Source of the DNA: Bacteroidota bacterium
GTDB lineage: Bacteria > Bacteroidota > Bacteroidia > Flavobacteriales > Flavobacteriaceae
DNA: 64,000 nucleotides
Direction: 5' to 3'
Assembly: GCA_043738745.1 (NCBI GenBank)
Contig: JAYUFL010000135.1
Location: 796 to 64,795 of the forward strand
The notes under the pieces are model-generated. The model was not told the DNA's origin. It saw only the letters and a list, made by a program, of their open reading frames with translations, and made no database searches. Positions within the stretch are counted from its first letter, which is position 1, and every line of letters begins with the position of its first letter. The position numbers and the translations under genes are program-made. Shown here piece by piece: positions 1-9,853 of the stretch.

Positions 1-116
1 TTTACGGTTACTTCGCATTTTAAATTATCTATATATTTTGTTCGAACGCCACATAAATAGGCAGATGGCAATTTGAATATTAGAAAAAGATTAACTTTGG
101 ATTTGGTTAGGGACAT
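1..116 (-). CDS. DUF4442 / hot-dog fold thioesterase-like protein, 5' part (runs off left edge)
   Basis: Own translation from ATG at 116: MSLTKSKVNLFLIFKLPSAYLCGVRTKYIDNLKCEVTV; FKLPSAxxCGVR resembles the Flavobacteriaceae DUF4442 N-terminus. Not in the ORF track. Confidence 0.7.
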   Translation of the reverse strand, partial: MSLTKSKVNLFLIFKLPSAYLCGVRTKYIDNLKCEVTV

Positions 117-171
117 TTTTATAATTTTTTGTAAATATAAGGTTTTTGTTTAAAAAAGTCTAGTGGTTAAG

Positions 172-230
172 AGTTTAGAAGGTTTAAAAGTTTAAAATGG
201 TTTAATAAAGTTTAAAAGTTTAAGGTTTTA
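172..230. repeat. Degenerate 7-11 bp tandem repeat, core GTTTAA, about 6 copies
   Basis: AGTTTAGA AGGTTTAAA AGTTTAAAA TGGTTTAATAA AGTTTAAA AGTTTAA in the divergent intergenic region. Confidence 0.6.
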
Positions 231-343
231 TTTTTAAAATTGATTTTGTTATTGACATTGAATAACCCTAATAAAACAACTATATTTGTTAAATAAAAGT
301 TAATAATTATTACTATGCGAAACAAGATACTGTTTTTTAACAT

Positions 344-351
344 TATCTTTG
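344..351 (+). promoter_or_regulatory. Bacteroidota sigmaA -7 element upstream of padR
   Basis: TATCTTTG matches TAnnTTTG. Confidence 0.55.
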
Positions 352-472
352 TATAAGAAATTAATGGCTATTAGATAGTATTATTCATAAGTCGAGTTTC
401 AATCGTTAGAAATAAAAAATTAAATCAAAAATGAACAGTTAAATCAACTTAAAAAATCAAAATTACAAAATT

Positions 473-802
473 ATGAACATAGAAAACACAAAAGCCCAAA
501 TGCGAAAAGGTGTTCTCGAGTTTTGCATCTTGTCGGTTCTAAAAGACAAAGAAGCCTACACATCAGAAATTCTGGACACGCTAAAAAACGCAAAATTGCT
601 CGTTGTCGAAGGCACGGTTTATCCGCTACTCACACGACTCAAAAACGACGGATTGCTCAACTATCGTTGGGAAGAATCTACATCGGGACCACCACGTAAA
701 TATTATGAATTAACCGAATTAGGAAAAACTTTTTTAAACGAATTAAATAGTACTTGGACCGAATTATCAGATGCAGTACAACTTATAACAATCAAAAACT
801 AA
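473..802 (+). CDS. PadR family transcriptional regulator
   Basis: 109 aa; QMRKGVLEFCIL, EGTVYPLLTRL, WEESTSGPPRKYY are PadR wHTH motifs. Confidence 0.92.
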   Translation: MNIENTKAQMRKGVLEFCILSVLKDKEAYTSEILDTLKNAKLLVVEGTVYPLLTRLKNDGLLNYRWEESTSGPPRKYYELTELGKTFLNELNSTWTELSDAVQLITIKN

Positions 803-806
803 CACG

Positions 807-2624
807 ATGAACAAGACAGTAAACATAAATTTAGGAGGTATTTTATTTCATATCGATGAAGATGCATACCAAAAATTGAATCGCTATTTTGAAGCAATCA
901 AACGCTCTTTGACCAACTCATCTGGACAAGACGAAATCATAAAAGACATCGAAATTCGAGTTTCCGAACTTTTGACAGATAAACAAAAATCAGAAAAACA
1001 TGTTGTCGGAATGAAAGATGTTGACGAAGTAATAACCGTTATGGGTCAACCCGAAGATTACAGAATCGACGACGAAGGAATTTCAAATACAACTTCGACT
1101 GGTTTCGATATAACTACCAGAAAAACCAAAAAATTGTATCGAGATCGTGAAAGCGGTGTTGTTGGTGGTGTACTTTCTGGTTTGGGTTATTATTTTGGCG
1201 TAGAAGCAGTTTGGTTGCGATTGGCTTTGTTAGCCTTGGTTTTCTTTGGCGGAACAGGAGTTGTTTTGTACATAATTCTTTGGATTGCAATGCCTGAAGC
1301 AATTACAACTTCAGAAAAATTAGAAATGAAAGGCGAACCTGTAAATCTTGAAAATATCGAGAAAAAAGTACGAGCAGAATTTGAAAGTGTTTCTGAAAAA
1401 CTTAAAAATTCCAGTGAAAAACTAACTGATGATGCCAAAAATTTCAATGCTAAATATGGCGATAAAATTAATTATCAAGCCAAAAATATCGGAAGTTCGT
1501 TTGGGGATTTTATTATCACTATGTTAGGAGTTTTCGCTAAATTTATCGGAGGAATTATCGTTTTTATCGCCGCAATTGCACTTATAGCATTATTTATTTC
1601 GATGTTTACTTTTGGTTCTACCGAATTTGTATCGGTGCCTTGGTTAGATTATTTTGATAGTTTTAATTACGGAAACACATCTATGTTTTTTATTGGATTA
1701 TTAACATTTCTAGCCATTGGAATTCCATTTTTCTTTTTATTAATATTAGGATTAAAAATCATTATTACCAATATGAAATCTATTGGAAATGTTGCCAAAT
1801 ATACACTTTTTGCGGTTTGGTTAATTGCGATTGCAATTTTAGTATCATTAGGAATAAGTGCTGCTCACGAAGTTGCATTTGATAACAAGGTTATTTTAAA
1901 ACAACAAATAAATATCTTGCCAACAGATACATTAAATATATCGTTCAAGCCAAATACTTATTATTCGAACCATTCAAAAAATAAAGGCAATTTAACGATT
2001 GTTGAAGATTCATTATCTCAAAAAATGATTTATTTAGATGATATTTCTTTCGAAGTTTTGCCAACAGATGAGCGTTTGCCTTATATTCAAATCGAAAAAA
2101 GAGCCAACGGAAAATCGTCTATTGATGCCAAACAAAAAGCCGAAAAAATAAATTATAATTTTAAAATTGTTGGTAACAAACTGATTCTTGATGATTATTT
2201 CTTGACCAATTTAGAAAACAAATTCAGAGATCAAGAAGTTCAGATTTTCTTATATGTACCAAAAGGAACGCTGCTGAAAGCCGACGAAAATGTAAAAGAA
2301 TTTGATGAATCTGACAATGATTTCTTCAACTTGCACCACAGTTCAAGTTCCTACATATATAAGGTAGAAGAAAATAAAGTAAAATGTTTGAATTGTCCAG
2401 ATTATGAAACCGATGAATATAAAGATGCTGTAAACAACGACGATAGTAATGTAGATATTGATACTGATAATGACGAAAACATCAACATCAAAACGCCAAA
2501 CATCAAAATTAACAAAAATGGAATTTCGATTACTACTGATTCAACTTCGATAGATTCAAAAAACAATAAAGAATTTAAAGAATTGAAAATCAATAAAGAC
2601 GGAATAATTATTAAAACTAAATAG
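807..2624 (+). CDS. PspC domain membrane protein (HAAS-like N-terminus, PspC, TM helices, soluble C-terminus)
   Basis: KKLYRDRESGVVGGVLSGLGYYFG...LYIILWIAMPEA is the PspC motif; begins MNKTVNINLGG...IDEDAY. Confidence 0.88.
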   Translation: MNKTVNINLGGILFHIDEDAYQKLNRYFEAIKRSLTNSSGQDEIIKDIEIRVSELLTDKQKSEKHVVGMKDVDEVITVMGQPEDYRIDDEGISNTTSTGFDITTRKTKKLYRDRESGVVGGVLSGLGYYFGVEAVWLRLALLALVFFGGTGVVLYIILWIAMPEAITTSEKLEMKGEPVNLENIEKKVRAEFESVSEKLKNSSEKLTDDAKNFNAKYGDKINYQAKNIGSSFGDFIITMLGVFAKFIGGIIVFIAAIALIALFISMFTFGSTEFVSVPWLDYFDSFNYGNTSMFFIGLLTFLAIGIPFFFLLILGLKIIITNMKSIGNVAKYTLFAVWLIAIAILVSLGISAAHEVAFDNKVILKQQINILPTDTLNISFKPNTYYSNHSKNKGNLTIVEDSLSQKMIYLDDISFEVLPTDERLPYIQIEKRANGKSSIDAKQKAEKINYNFKIVGNKLILDDYFLTNLENKFRDQEVQIFLYVPKGTLLKADENVKEFDESDNDFFNLHHSSSSYIYKVEENKVKCLNCPDYETDEYKDAVNNDDSNVDIDTDNDENINIKTPNIKINKNGISITTDSTSIDSKNNKEFKELKINKDGIIIKTK

Positions 2625-3367
2625 TGATGATAAAAGTTATAATAATGCTCACAAAATTTATAATTGCTTTTACAATTGCGTTACTATTAAATTCTTGCAA
2701 CATTAAAACCGATTTTGGAAACGGCGAGAAAGGCAACGGAAAAATAACAACCGAACTCCGAAACATAAAAGAAGATTTTTCGAGTATTGATGTTAGCACA
2801 GGAATCCAAGTTATTTTGGAACAATCAACCGATAAATTGGTATCGGTTGAAGCCGAAAGCAATTTACAAAAATTAATAGATACCAAAGTCGAAAATGGGG
2901 TTTTGATGATAGAACCAAACGAATCTATTAAAACTACCGAAACCATAAAAGTAACTATTAGAATGCCAAAAATTGATGGTTTACAGTCATCAAGTGGTTC
3001 TGCAATAAAAGGGATTGGAACTTTTATAGGCGATGCAATTTCAATCGACACATCAAGTGCGGCAGAAGTAAATGTGAATTTGAAATACGACAACATTACG
3101 CTTGATGCATCAAGCGGAAGCAGCATCAACGCCAAAGGAATTGGCTTGAAACTCGAAAGTTCTGCCTCAAGCGGAAGCGAAATAGAAGCCGAAGAATTGC
3201 TTGTAAACGATGTTGATGCCGATGTTTCTAGCGGCGGAAACATAAAAATTCATCCAATAGTAAATCTTAACGGAACTGCTTCAAGCGGTGGAAATATTAC
3301 TTACGACATCGAACCAAAATCTATAACCAAGGACGAAAGTTCTGGAGGGAATGTTGGGAGAGAATAA
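2624..3367 (+). CDS. Head GIN / DUF2807 (Toastrack) beta-solenoid lipoprotein
   Basis: Lipobox LLLNSC; GNGKITTE; repeated (A/T)SSG(S/A/G)xI turns. Exact start uncertain. Confidence 0.85.
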   Translation: MMIKVIIMLTKFIIAFTIALLLNSCNIKTDFGNGEKGNGKITTELRNIKEDFSSIDVSTGIQVILEQSTDKLVSVEAESNLQKLIDTKVENGVLMIEPNESIKTTETIKVTIRMPKIDGLQSSSGSAIKGIGTFIGDAISIDTSSAAEVNVNLKYDNITLDASSGSSINAKGIGLKLESSASSGSEIEAEELLVNDVDADVSSGGNIKIHPIVNLNGTASSGGNITYDIEPKSITKDESSGGNVGRE

Positions 3368-3481
3368 ATTAGTTTTACAGGTTTTAGATTTTACAATTCA
3401 ACCACAAATGAAAATTAGCGGATTCAAAAAATAAAATTGAAAAGTTCGTAAGTATAAGTTTGTTTAAACCAAAAATAGGTT

Positions 3482-3489
3482 TATATTTG
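3482..3489 (+). promoter_or_regulatory. -7 promoter element for tRNA-Pro
   Basis: TATATTTG 10 bp before the tRNA; a TTTG at about 3459 could be the -33 element. Confidence 0.7.
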
Positions 3490-3499
3490 CATCCGATTT

Positions 3500-3577
3500 C
3501 GGGGTGTAGCGTAGCTCGGTTATCGCGCCTGCTTTGGGAGCAGGAGGCCGCAGGTTCGAATCCTGCCACCCCGACCA
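3500..3577 (+). tRNA. tRNA-Pro(TGG)
   Basis: Acceptor CGGGGTG/CACCCCG, anticodon arm CCTGC-TTTGGGA-GCAGG, GGTTCGAATCC T-loop, encoded CCA. Confidence 0.97.
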
Positions 3578-3608
3578 AATCCTTTTCATTTGTGAAAAGG
3601 ATTTTTTT
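3577..3608 (+). terminator. Intrinsic terminator after tRNA-Pro
   Basis: AAATCCTTTTCA-TTTG-TGAAAAGGATTT followed by a T run. Confidence 0.85.
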
Positions 3609-3693
3609 GTTTTATATCATTTTGAATTCAAAAAATTAACAAAACTCAAAAAACTTTCTATATTTACAATTCGTAATCAATAAACGATTTACT

Positions 3694-6228
3694 ATGGAAG
3701 GTTTTGTAATTATTGTACTGATTTTTATTATTATTTTTCTGTTTTCAATTAATAGTAGTATCAACAACAAGTTTGAAACATTAAACACTAAAGTTAATTT
3801 TCTAAACAAATCTATTGAGTCTCTCAAAAAGACAGAAGTGGTTTGGAAACCCGAAGATGTGGTGTTGAAATCTGAATTTAAACCTATAATTGATGTTCCG
3901 AAAGCGATTCCAGTTGTCGAAGATGTCAAACCAACTCCAGAGGAAATTAAACCAATTGCTGTTGAAGAAAATTTAGTTCTAGAAACCGAAAAGCCTATTT
4001 TGTCTCGAAACTTGGAAACTCCAGTTGTAGAATTCAAAAAACCAGAACGCAAACCTTATATTCCTAAAAAATCATTTTGGGAAAAATTCAAAGAAAATAA
4101 TCCCGATTTAGAAAAATTTATAGGTGAAAACCTGATTAACAAAATTGGTATTCTGATTTTGGTACTCGGAATTAGTTATTTTGTGAGTTACTCCATCGAC
4201 AAAGGTTGGATTCCAACGCCTGCCAGAGTAGGAATTGGTATTCTTGCTGGCGCAATGGTTCTTGGTGTGGCGCACAAACTTCGATTAAAATACGCCGCAT
4301 TTAGTTCGGTTTTTGTGGCTGGTGCAATTGCAATTTTTTATTTTACTATTGGAATTGCGTTTCATGATTATAAACTTTTTAGTCAACCCGTCGCCTTCTC
4401 GATAATGGTACTTATCACGGCTTTTGCTGCTTTGATTACCGTTTCGTATAACCGAATAGAGTTAGCAATTTTAACGCTCATTGGCGGTTTTGCAGTTCCG
4501 TTTATGGTCAGTACTGGCGAAGGAAACTATGTGGTTTTGTTCTCATATATTTTGATTCTAAATTCGGGAATTTTGGCAATTGCCTATTTCAAAAAATGGA
4601 ATCTGGTTAATGTTTTGGCTTTTATATTCACGATTTTGCTCTATGTGGGTTGGTTGAGTTCCGAATTGAACAAAGAACTACCTCATTATTCTGGTGCTTT
4701 GCTTTTTGCCTTTGCATTTTACTTGATGTTTACGATTATCAACATCATTAATAATATCAAAACTCAAGGCGTTTTTTCTAAAATGCAATTAGCAATTCTC
4801 ACTATAAATACTTTTGTTTTTTATGGTATTGGAATGTCTATCTTGAGTAATTTTCATCCAGAATTTAAAGGATTGTTCACTACTATTGTGGCTGTTTTGA
4901 ATTTAGTTTATGCTTGGTTTTTATACAAAAAATTCGGTATCGACAAAACTGCTGTCTATTTGCTCATCGGCTTGACACTAACGTTTGTTACTTTGGCAAT
5001 CCCAATTCAGTTTGCAGGACATTATATTACACTTTTTTGGGCTTGCGAAGCGGTTTTACTCATTTGGTTATCACAAAAATCACAAATTACAAGTTATCGA
5101 TATGGTGCTGTGATTGTACAATTTTTGATGCTCGGAAGTCTAGTTATAGATTGGGGACATTTCTATGCGGGCGACTCGATTTTACAAATCATATTAAACC
5201 CAATTTTCATTACAGGAATTGTTGCTGTAACATCATTTTTTGGAGTATACTACCTTTTAAGAAAAGAAACCGAAAGTGTTTTTCAGTTTGGAATTACATT
5301 CAATCCAAAATCATATCGAAAATTCGCTTTTATTCTTGGAATCGTGCTCTTATATTTTGTTGGATTTCTAGAAGTTGCCTATCAAGCAGATTCCTTTTTG
5401 ATAATCCCGCAATCATCAACATTTCCTGTAGTGTATCATTTGATTTTTACTGCAATTTTATCATTTTTCTTAATAAAAAAACATTCAAAATCTGGATATC
5501 AAGCCACAACTTTGATAGCAATTGTAAATATTGTTTTGTTTGCATTTGCATTTTCTCATTTTGCTTTTGTAGAACACGAAACCTATATTACAACTGGAAT
5601 TTCGCAACACGTGGCTTTTTACATGCACTATGTGATGCTCGCAATAACGATTTATTTCTGTTATCAATTATACAAAATGTATCGAGAAAAAGAAATCTCA
5701 ATGTTTTTTACAAAACCAATTTTTGTTTGGATTGCAGCATTTTTTATAATTTATATGGCAAGCACTGAAGTAATGTTACATGGTTTGACTTTACATGATG
5801 CTCCGATAACTGTTCAAGAAGTTCTGAAAGAAAACCCAACGTATAAAATGGATAAATATGCCATTGAAAACGCTAAAAATTATCTTGCATCTTCAAGAGT
5901 TGAGGTCACTCGTGAAACTATTCTAAAAACTAGTTTTCCAATTTTGTGGGGAATTTTGGCTTTTATCTTCTTGATTGTTGGAATCAAAAAACTATCCAAA
6001 TCATTACGAATCATTGCTCTTGCGTTGCTCGGATTAACAATTACAAAATTATTTATTTACGACATTAGTAACGTTTCAGAAACTGGAAAAATTATTGCCT
6101 TTATCCTTTTAGGAGTATTGATTTTAATCATTTCATTTGTATATCAAAAAATTAAAGTTCTGGTAAGTGGTGATGTAAAACCAGAATTAACGAACGAAAA
6201 ATTAAAATCCGATGATGAAATTAAATAA
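3694..6228 (+). CDS. DUF2339 family polytopic membrane protein
   Basis: 844 aa; LEKFIGENLINKIGILILVLGISYF motif; many TM segments; C-terminal KLFIYDIS...KIIAFILLG. Confidence 0.88.
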   Translation: MEGFVIIVLIFIIIFLFSINSSINNKFETLNTKVNFLNKSIESLKKTEVVWKPEDVVLKSEFKPIIDVPKAIPVVEDVKPTPEEIKPIAVEENLVLETEKPILSRNLETPVVEFKKPERKPYIPKKSFWEKFKENNPDLEKFIGENLINKIGILILVLGISYFVSYSIDKGWIPTPARVGIGILAGAMVLGVAHKLRLKYAAFSSVFVAGAIAIFYFTIGIAFHDYKLFSQPVAFSIMVLITAFAALITVSYNRIELAILTLIGGFAVPFMVSTGEGNYVVLFSYILILNSGILAIAYFKKWNLVNVLAFIFTILLYVGWLSSELNKELPHYSGALLFAFAFYLMFTIINIINNIKTQGVFSKMQLAILTINTFVFYGIGMSILSNFHPEFKGLFTTIVAVLNLVYAWFLYKKFGIDKTAVYLLIGLTLTFVTLAIPIQFAGHYITLFWACEAVLLIWLSQKSQITSYRYGAVIVQFLMLGSLVIDWGHFYAGDSILQIILNPIFITGIVAVTSFFGVYYLLRKETESVFQFGITFNPKSYRKFAFILGIVLLYFVGFLEVAYQADSFLIIPQSSTFPVVYHLIFTAILSFFLIKKHSKSGYQATTLIAIVNIVLFAFAFSHFAFVEHETYITTGISQHVAFYMHYVMLAITIYFCYQLYKMYREKEISMFFTKPIFVWIAAFFIIYMASTEVMLHGLTLHDAPITVQEVLKENPTYKMDKYAIENAKNYLASSRVEVTRETILKTSFPILWGILAFIFLIVGIKKLSKSLRIIALALLGLTITKLFIYDISNVSETGKIIAFILLGVLILIISFVYQKIKVLVSGDVKPELTNEKLKSDDEIK

Positions 6229-7441
6229 AATAATTGCTTTTTTGTTTTTTGTAAGCGTATCGTTTGCGCAAAATACAACAACTGCAAAACTAAAACCTGT
6301 AACCGAAAATGGTTTGCATAAAATCGTTTTACCAACCTCAATTCGATCCATTTCGAAAGAAGATTTGTCAGATTTTAGAATTTTGGATTCGAAAGAAAAT
6401 GAAGTTCCGTATTTTTATAAAAACACCACCGAAGCAACAAGATCATGCGATTATATTGCCTATAAAATTATATCAGAAACTATAATTCCAAAGAAACAAA
6501 CGACAGTTATTTTCGAAAATCCTATTACGAATATTAAATCGTTAATTTTGACAATTGCCAATTATGATGGAGAAAAAACGTATAATCTTTCGGGAAGTAA
6601 CAATCAAAATCAATGGTATGGCTTGTCGAATAACAATATTTTATCCGATTTGAATTCAGAAAAAGGATTATATAGTGATAAAATTATTTCGTTACCAAAA
6701 AACAATTACAAATTTTTAAAAATCGAATTAGACGATAAAAAAACCTTGCCAATAAGTATTCGAAGCATTTCAAATAATAATTATATAACTACTTTGTCAA
6801 ATTTATTACCAATTGATTATGCTAATTTAGAAACGACAGAATTAAAATCCGAGAAGAAAACACAAATTCATATTGTATTTGATAATTCTCAATTTTTGAA
6901 TCAAATAAAATTCAAAATTACCGAGCCAAAATTATACAAACGATATGCAACAATTTATAAAATCGTAAATACCAAAGTAAAACATAAATTTGTAAATCAG
7001 AAAATAGAACTTATTGGTTTTGAATTAAATGCAGATTCTAAAAATACATTTAATTTATCGAATATTCACGAAAAAGATTTTTATATTGCTATCGAAAACG
7101 ATGATAATCAACCTTTACAAATCAAAGATATTCAGTTTTTTCAAATTCCAGTCTACGTAATTGCTGATTTAAAAGTAAATGAAAATTATACAATTCGAAC
7201 AGGAAACCCAAATGCTATCGCGCCAGTTTATGACTTAGAAAATTTCGAAAAATCGATTTCTAACAAACTCCCAGAAGCCAAAATTATTGAAATAATAATG
7301 CCTAAATTAACGTTTGATGTTGCAACAAAAAAACAATTTTGGGAACAATCTTGGTTTCTATGGGTTTGCATTTGCGTTGCAGCAATTGCCATTTTATATT
7401 TCACGATGAGTTTAATAAAAGATTTGAAAAAATCCGAATAA
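6212..7441 (+). CDS. Exported protein with C-terminal TM anchor (DUF3999-like partner of DUF2339)
   Basis: Signal peptide; DLSDFRILDSKENEVPY, IENDDNQPL and PVYDL motifs; overlaps the DUF2339 stop. Confidence 0.65.
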   Translation: MMKLNKIIAFLFFVSVSFAQNTTTAKLKPVTENGLHKIVLPTSIRSISKEDLSDFRILDSKENEVPYFYKNTTEATRSCDYIAYKIISETIIPKKQTTVIFENPITNIKSLILTIANYDGEKTYNLSGSNNQNQWYGLSNNNILSDLNSEKGLYSDKIISLPKNNYKFLKIELDDKKTLPISIRSISNNNYITTLSNLLPIDYANLETTELKSEKKTQIHIVFDNSQFLNQIKFKITEPKLYKRYATIYKIVNTKVKHKFVNQKIELIGFELNADSKNTFNLSNIHEKDFYIAIENDDNQPLQIKDIQFFQIPVYVIADLKVNENYTIRTGNPNAIAPVYDLENFEKSISNKLPEAKIIEIIMPKLTFDVATKKQFWEQSWFLWVCICVAAIAILYFTMSLIKDLKKSE

Positions 7442-7480
7442 TAATACTTATTTTTGCATGATAAACAACATCAATTAATT

Positions 7481-8089
7481 ATGCTAATTATAGGAATTGC
7501 GGGCGGAACAGGATCAGGAAAAACAACTGTTGTGCATCAAATCATGAACGAATTACCCGATACCGAAGTTGGTATTATTGCACAAGATTCCTACTACAAA
7601 GAAACTGTGAATTTGAGTTACGACGAGCGAAAAAGCATTAATTTTGATCATCCACGAGCCATTGATTTCGAACTTTTGGTAGCGCATCTCAAGGAACTCA
7701 AAGCAGGAAAAACAATCAATCAGCCTGTATATTCCTTTGTTACGCATAATCGAACAGACGATACCGTGAGCACACATCCAAGAAAAGTAATGATTGTAGA
7801 AGGAATTTTGATACTCACTAATCCAGAACTTCGAGATCTTTTTGACATCAAAATATTTGTTCATGCCGATTCCGACGAAAGATTAATTCGACGTCTCAAA
7901 CGCGATATTGCTGAACGCGGACGCGACATGGAAGAGGTTTTGAATCGTTATCAATCAACTCTAAAACCAATGCATCAGCAATTTATTGAACCAACAAAAG
8001 CCTTTGCGGATATTATTATTCCAAATGACAAATTCAATACAGTCGCTATTGATGTAGTCCGAGCAGTAATAAATCAGCGAATTCTATAA
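7481..8089 (+). CDS. udk: Uridine kinase
   Basis: MLIIGIAGGTGSGKTT Walker A, NFDHP, VEGIL, D..L.RRLKRD. ATG 7481 preferred to track start 7454. Confidence 0.93.
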   Translation: MLIIGIAGGTGSGKTTVVHQIMNELPDTEVGIIAQDSYYKETVNLSYDERKSINFDHPRAIDFELLVAHLKELKAGKTINQPVYSFVTHNRTDDTVSTHPRKVMIVEGILILTNPELRDLFDIKIFVHADSDERLIRRLKRDIAERGRDMEEVLNRYQSTLKPMHQQFIEPTKAFADIIIPNDKFNTVAIDVVRAVINQRIL

Positions 8090-8111
8090 AAAATTATGTA
8101 AAAACAACAAA

Positions 8112-8441
8112 ATGTTTGATTCATTAAAACAAAAACCTTGGTTCAAAATTTCGAGCAATAAATATGTTCTGATATCCTTATTTTTTTTGATTTGGATGTT
8201 GTTTGTCGATAATTATTCCTATTTAGACCATCGTTATCTTAACAACCAAATCGATGAACTCGAACGACAAAAACAATATTATCAAGAAGGAATTCGTGAC
8301 GATCAAAAAAATATAAAATCGTTGAAAGATCCAAATCAAATCGAAAAATATGCTCGCGAAAAATATTATATGAAAAAAGATTCCGAAGATGTATATATCA
8401 TTGAATTTGAAGGTGATACTTTAAATAAAGTTAATAAATAG
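8112..8441 (+). CDS. Septum formation initiator (FtsB/DivIC family)
   Basis: One TM, coiled coil, IEKYAREKYYMKK motif. Confidence 0.8.
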   Translation: MFDSLKQKPWFKISSNKYVLISLFFLIWMLFVDNYSYLDHRYLNNQIDELERQKQYYQEGIRDDQKNIKSLKDPNQIEKYAREKYYMKKDSEDVYIIEFEGDTLNKVNK

Positions 8442-8468
8442 CAGATTTTAGATAACAGATTTAGTAAA

Positions 8469-9851
8469 ATGAAAAATAATAATACAAATTCATTAAACTT
8501 CAGTAAGGAATGGAATCCTATTTCTTCCAAACAATGGAAACAACAAATTCAATTTGAATTAAAAGGTGCTGATTATAACGAAACGCTAATCTGGAATTCG
8601 CCCGAAGATATTCAGGTAAGACCTTTTTACCACAAAGACGAATCAACTCCAAATTTTAATATCCAAACAAAATCAAGCGAATTCAAAATTTGCCAAAATA
8701 TATTTGTTCACGATCTCGAAAAATCTATTTTTAGAGCCAACGAAAGCATTTCGAGAGGCGCAGAAAGTTTGCGTTTTACCATCGAGGACGAAAAAATTGA
8801 TGTCGAAAAATTATTAAATGCTATAAATCTCGAAAATGTTTCGGTTTACTTTAATTTGAATTTTCTTTCAATCGATTTCGTAAAAAAAATTGATGCAATT
8901 GCAAAACAAAAATCATTCAATATTTATTGCAATCTTGATCCGATTGGTCATTTAGCGAAAGACGGAAACTGGTTCGAAACTTCAGAAAAATCGAATTTTG
9001 AAACCTTAAATTTGATTTCAAATCAAACCCAAAATATATCATTACTTAGTATCGATAGCGGTTTGTATCAAAATGCCGGAGCCAATATGGTGCAACAAAT
9101 TGCGTATGCAGTGGCGCAAGCAAACGAGTATTTCAATAGATTAGAAAACATAAATCAACCAATTGTTTTTCAGGTTTCGGTTGGAACCAATTATTTTTTC
9201 GAAATAGCAAAATTGCGTGCTTTACGATTGGTTTTCAAAGCGGTTGCTAATGAATACAACCACGATTTAGATTGTCATTTGTTAGTTTCGCCAACCAAAC
9301 GCAACAAAACAATTTACGATTACAATACCAATTTACTAAGAACAACAACCGAATGTATGTCAGCAATTTTAGGCGGTGCCAATGCAATTGCCAATTTGCC
9401 ATACGACAGTTTGTACCATAAAGACAACGAATTTGGCGATAGAATTGCCCGTAATCAATTACTGATTCTCAAAAACGAATCCTATTTCGATAAAGTCAAT
9501 AATCCGTCCGATGGAAGTTATTATATCGAAAGTTTAACGCAGCAATTAGCCGAAAAAGCATTACTATTATTCAAAGATATTGAAGAAAATGATGGTTTTT
9601 TGAAACAATTAAACGACGGAACCATCAAACGAAAAATCCAAGAAAGCGCAGATGCCTCTCAAGATTTATTCGATTCTGGAAAAGAAATTTTGCTTGGAAC
9701 CAACAAATATCCAAACAAAAACGACAAAATGAAACACGATTTAGAGTTGTTTCCATTCGTTAAAATCAAACCCCGAAAAACATTAATTAAACCAATTATC
9801 GAAAAACGATTGGCAGAAAAAATGGAACAAGAACGTTTGGAAACTGAATAA
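8469..9851 (+). CDS. Methylmalonyl-CoA mutase small (beta) subunit
   Basis: [54 protein letters not shown]; no B12-binding DxHxxG. Confidence 0.9.
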   Translation: MKNNNTNSLNFSKEWNPISSKQWKQQIQFELKGADYNETLIWNSPEDIQVRPFYHKDESTPNFNIQTKSSEFKICQNIFVHDLEKSIFRANESISRGAESLRFTIEDEKIDVEKLLNAINLENVSVYFNLNFLSIDFVKKIDAIAKQKSFNIYCNLDPIGHLAKDGNWFETSEKSNFETLNLISNQTQNISLLSIDSGLYQNAGANMVQQIAYAVAQANEYFNRLENINQPIVFQVSVGTNYFFEIAKLRALRLVFKAVANEYNHDLDCHLLVSPTKRNKTIYDYNTNLLRTTTECMSAILGGANAIANLPYDSLYHKDNEFGDRIARNQLLILKNESYFDKVNNPSDGSYYIESLTQQLAEKALLLFKDIEENDGFLKQLNDGTIKRKIQESADASQDLFDSGKEILLGTNKYPNKNDKMKHDLELFPFVKIKPRKTLIKPIIEKRLAEKMEQERLETE

Positions 9852-9853
9852 AA

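Noticed and set aside
311-331. PadR operator (TACTATGCGAAACAAGATAC)
   Set aside because: Only weak dyad symmetry; cannot be told from chance without comparative data.
421-480. Mini-ORF ATGAACAGTTAA upstream of padR as a leader peptide
   Set aside because: Three codons and no attenuator structure; unsupported.
3384-3578. 64-aa minus-strand ORF (MVGVAGFEPAAS...)
   Set aside because: It is the antisense reading of tRNA-Pro, a common artefact.
3500-3700. Prophage or island integrated at tRNA-Pro
   Set aside because: No integrase, no duplicated tRNA 3' end found, normal terminator then an ordinary gene.
4914-5768. 284-aa same-strand alternative-frame ORF
   Set aside because: Fully inside DUF2339, no recognisable motifs; typical shadow frame.
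8400-8470. Cobalamin riboswitch before the mutase genes
   Set aside because: The spacer is under 30 bp and shows no B12-box motif.
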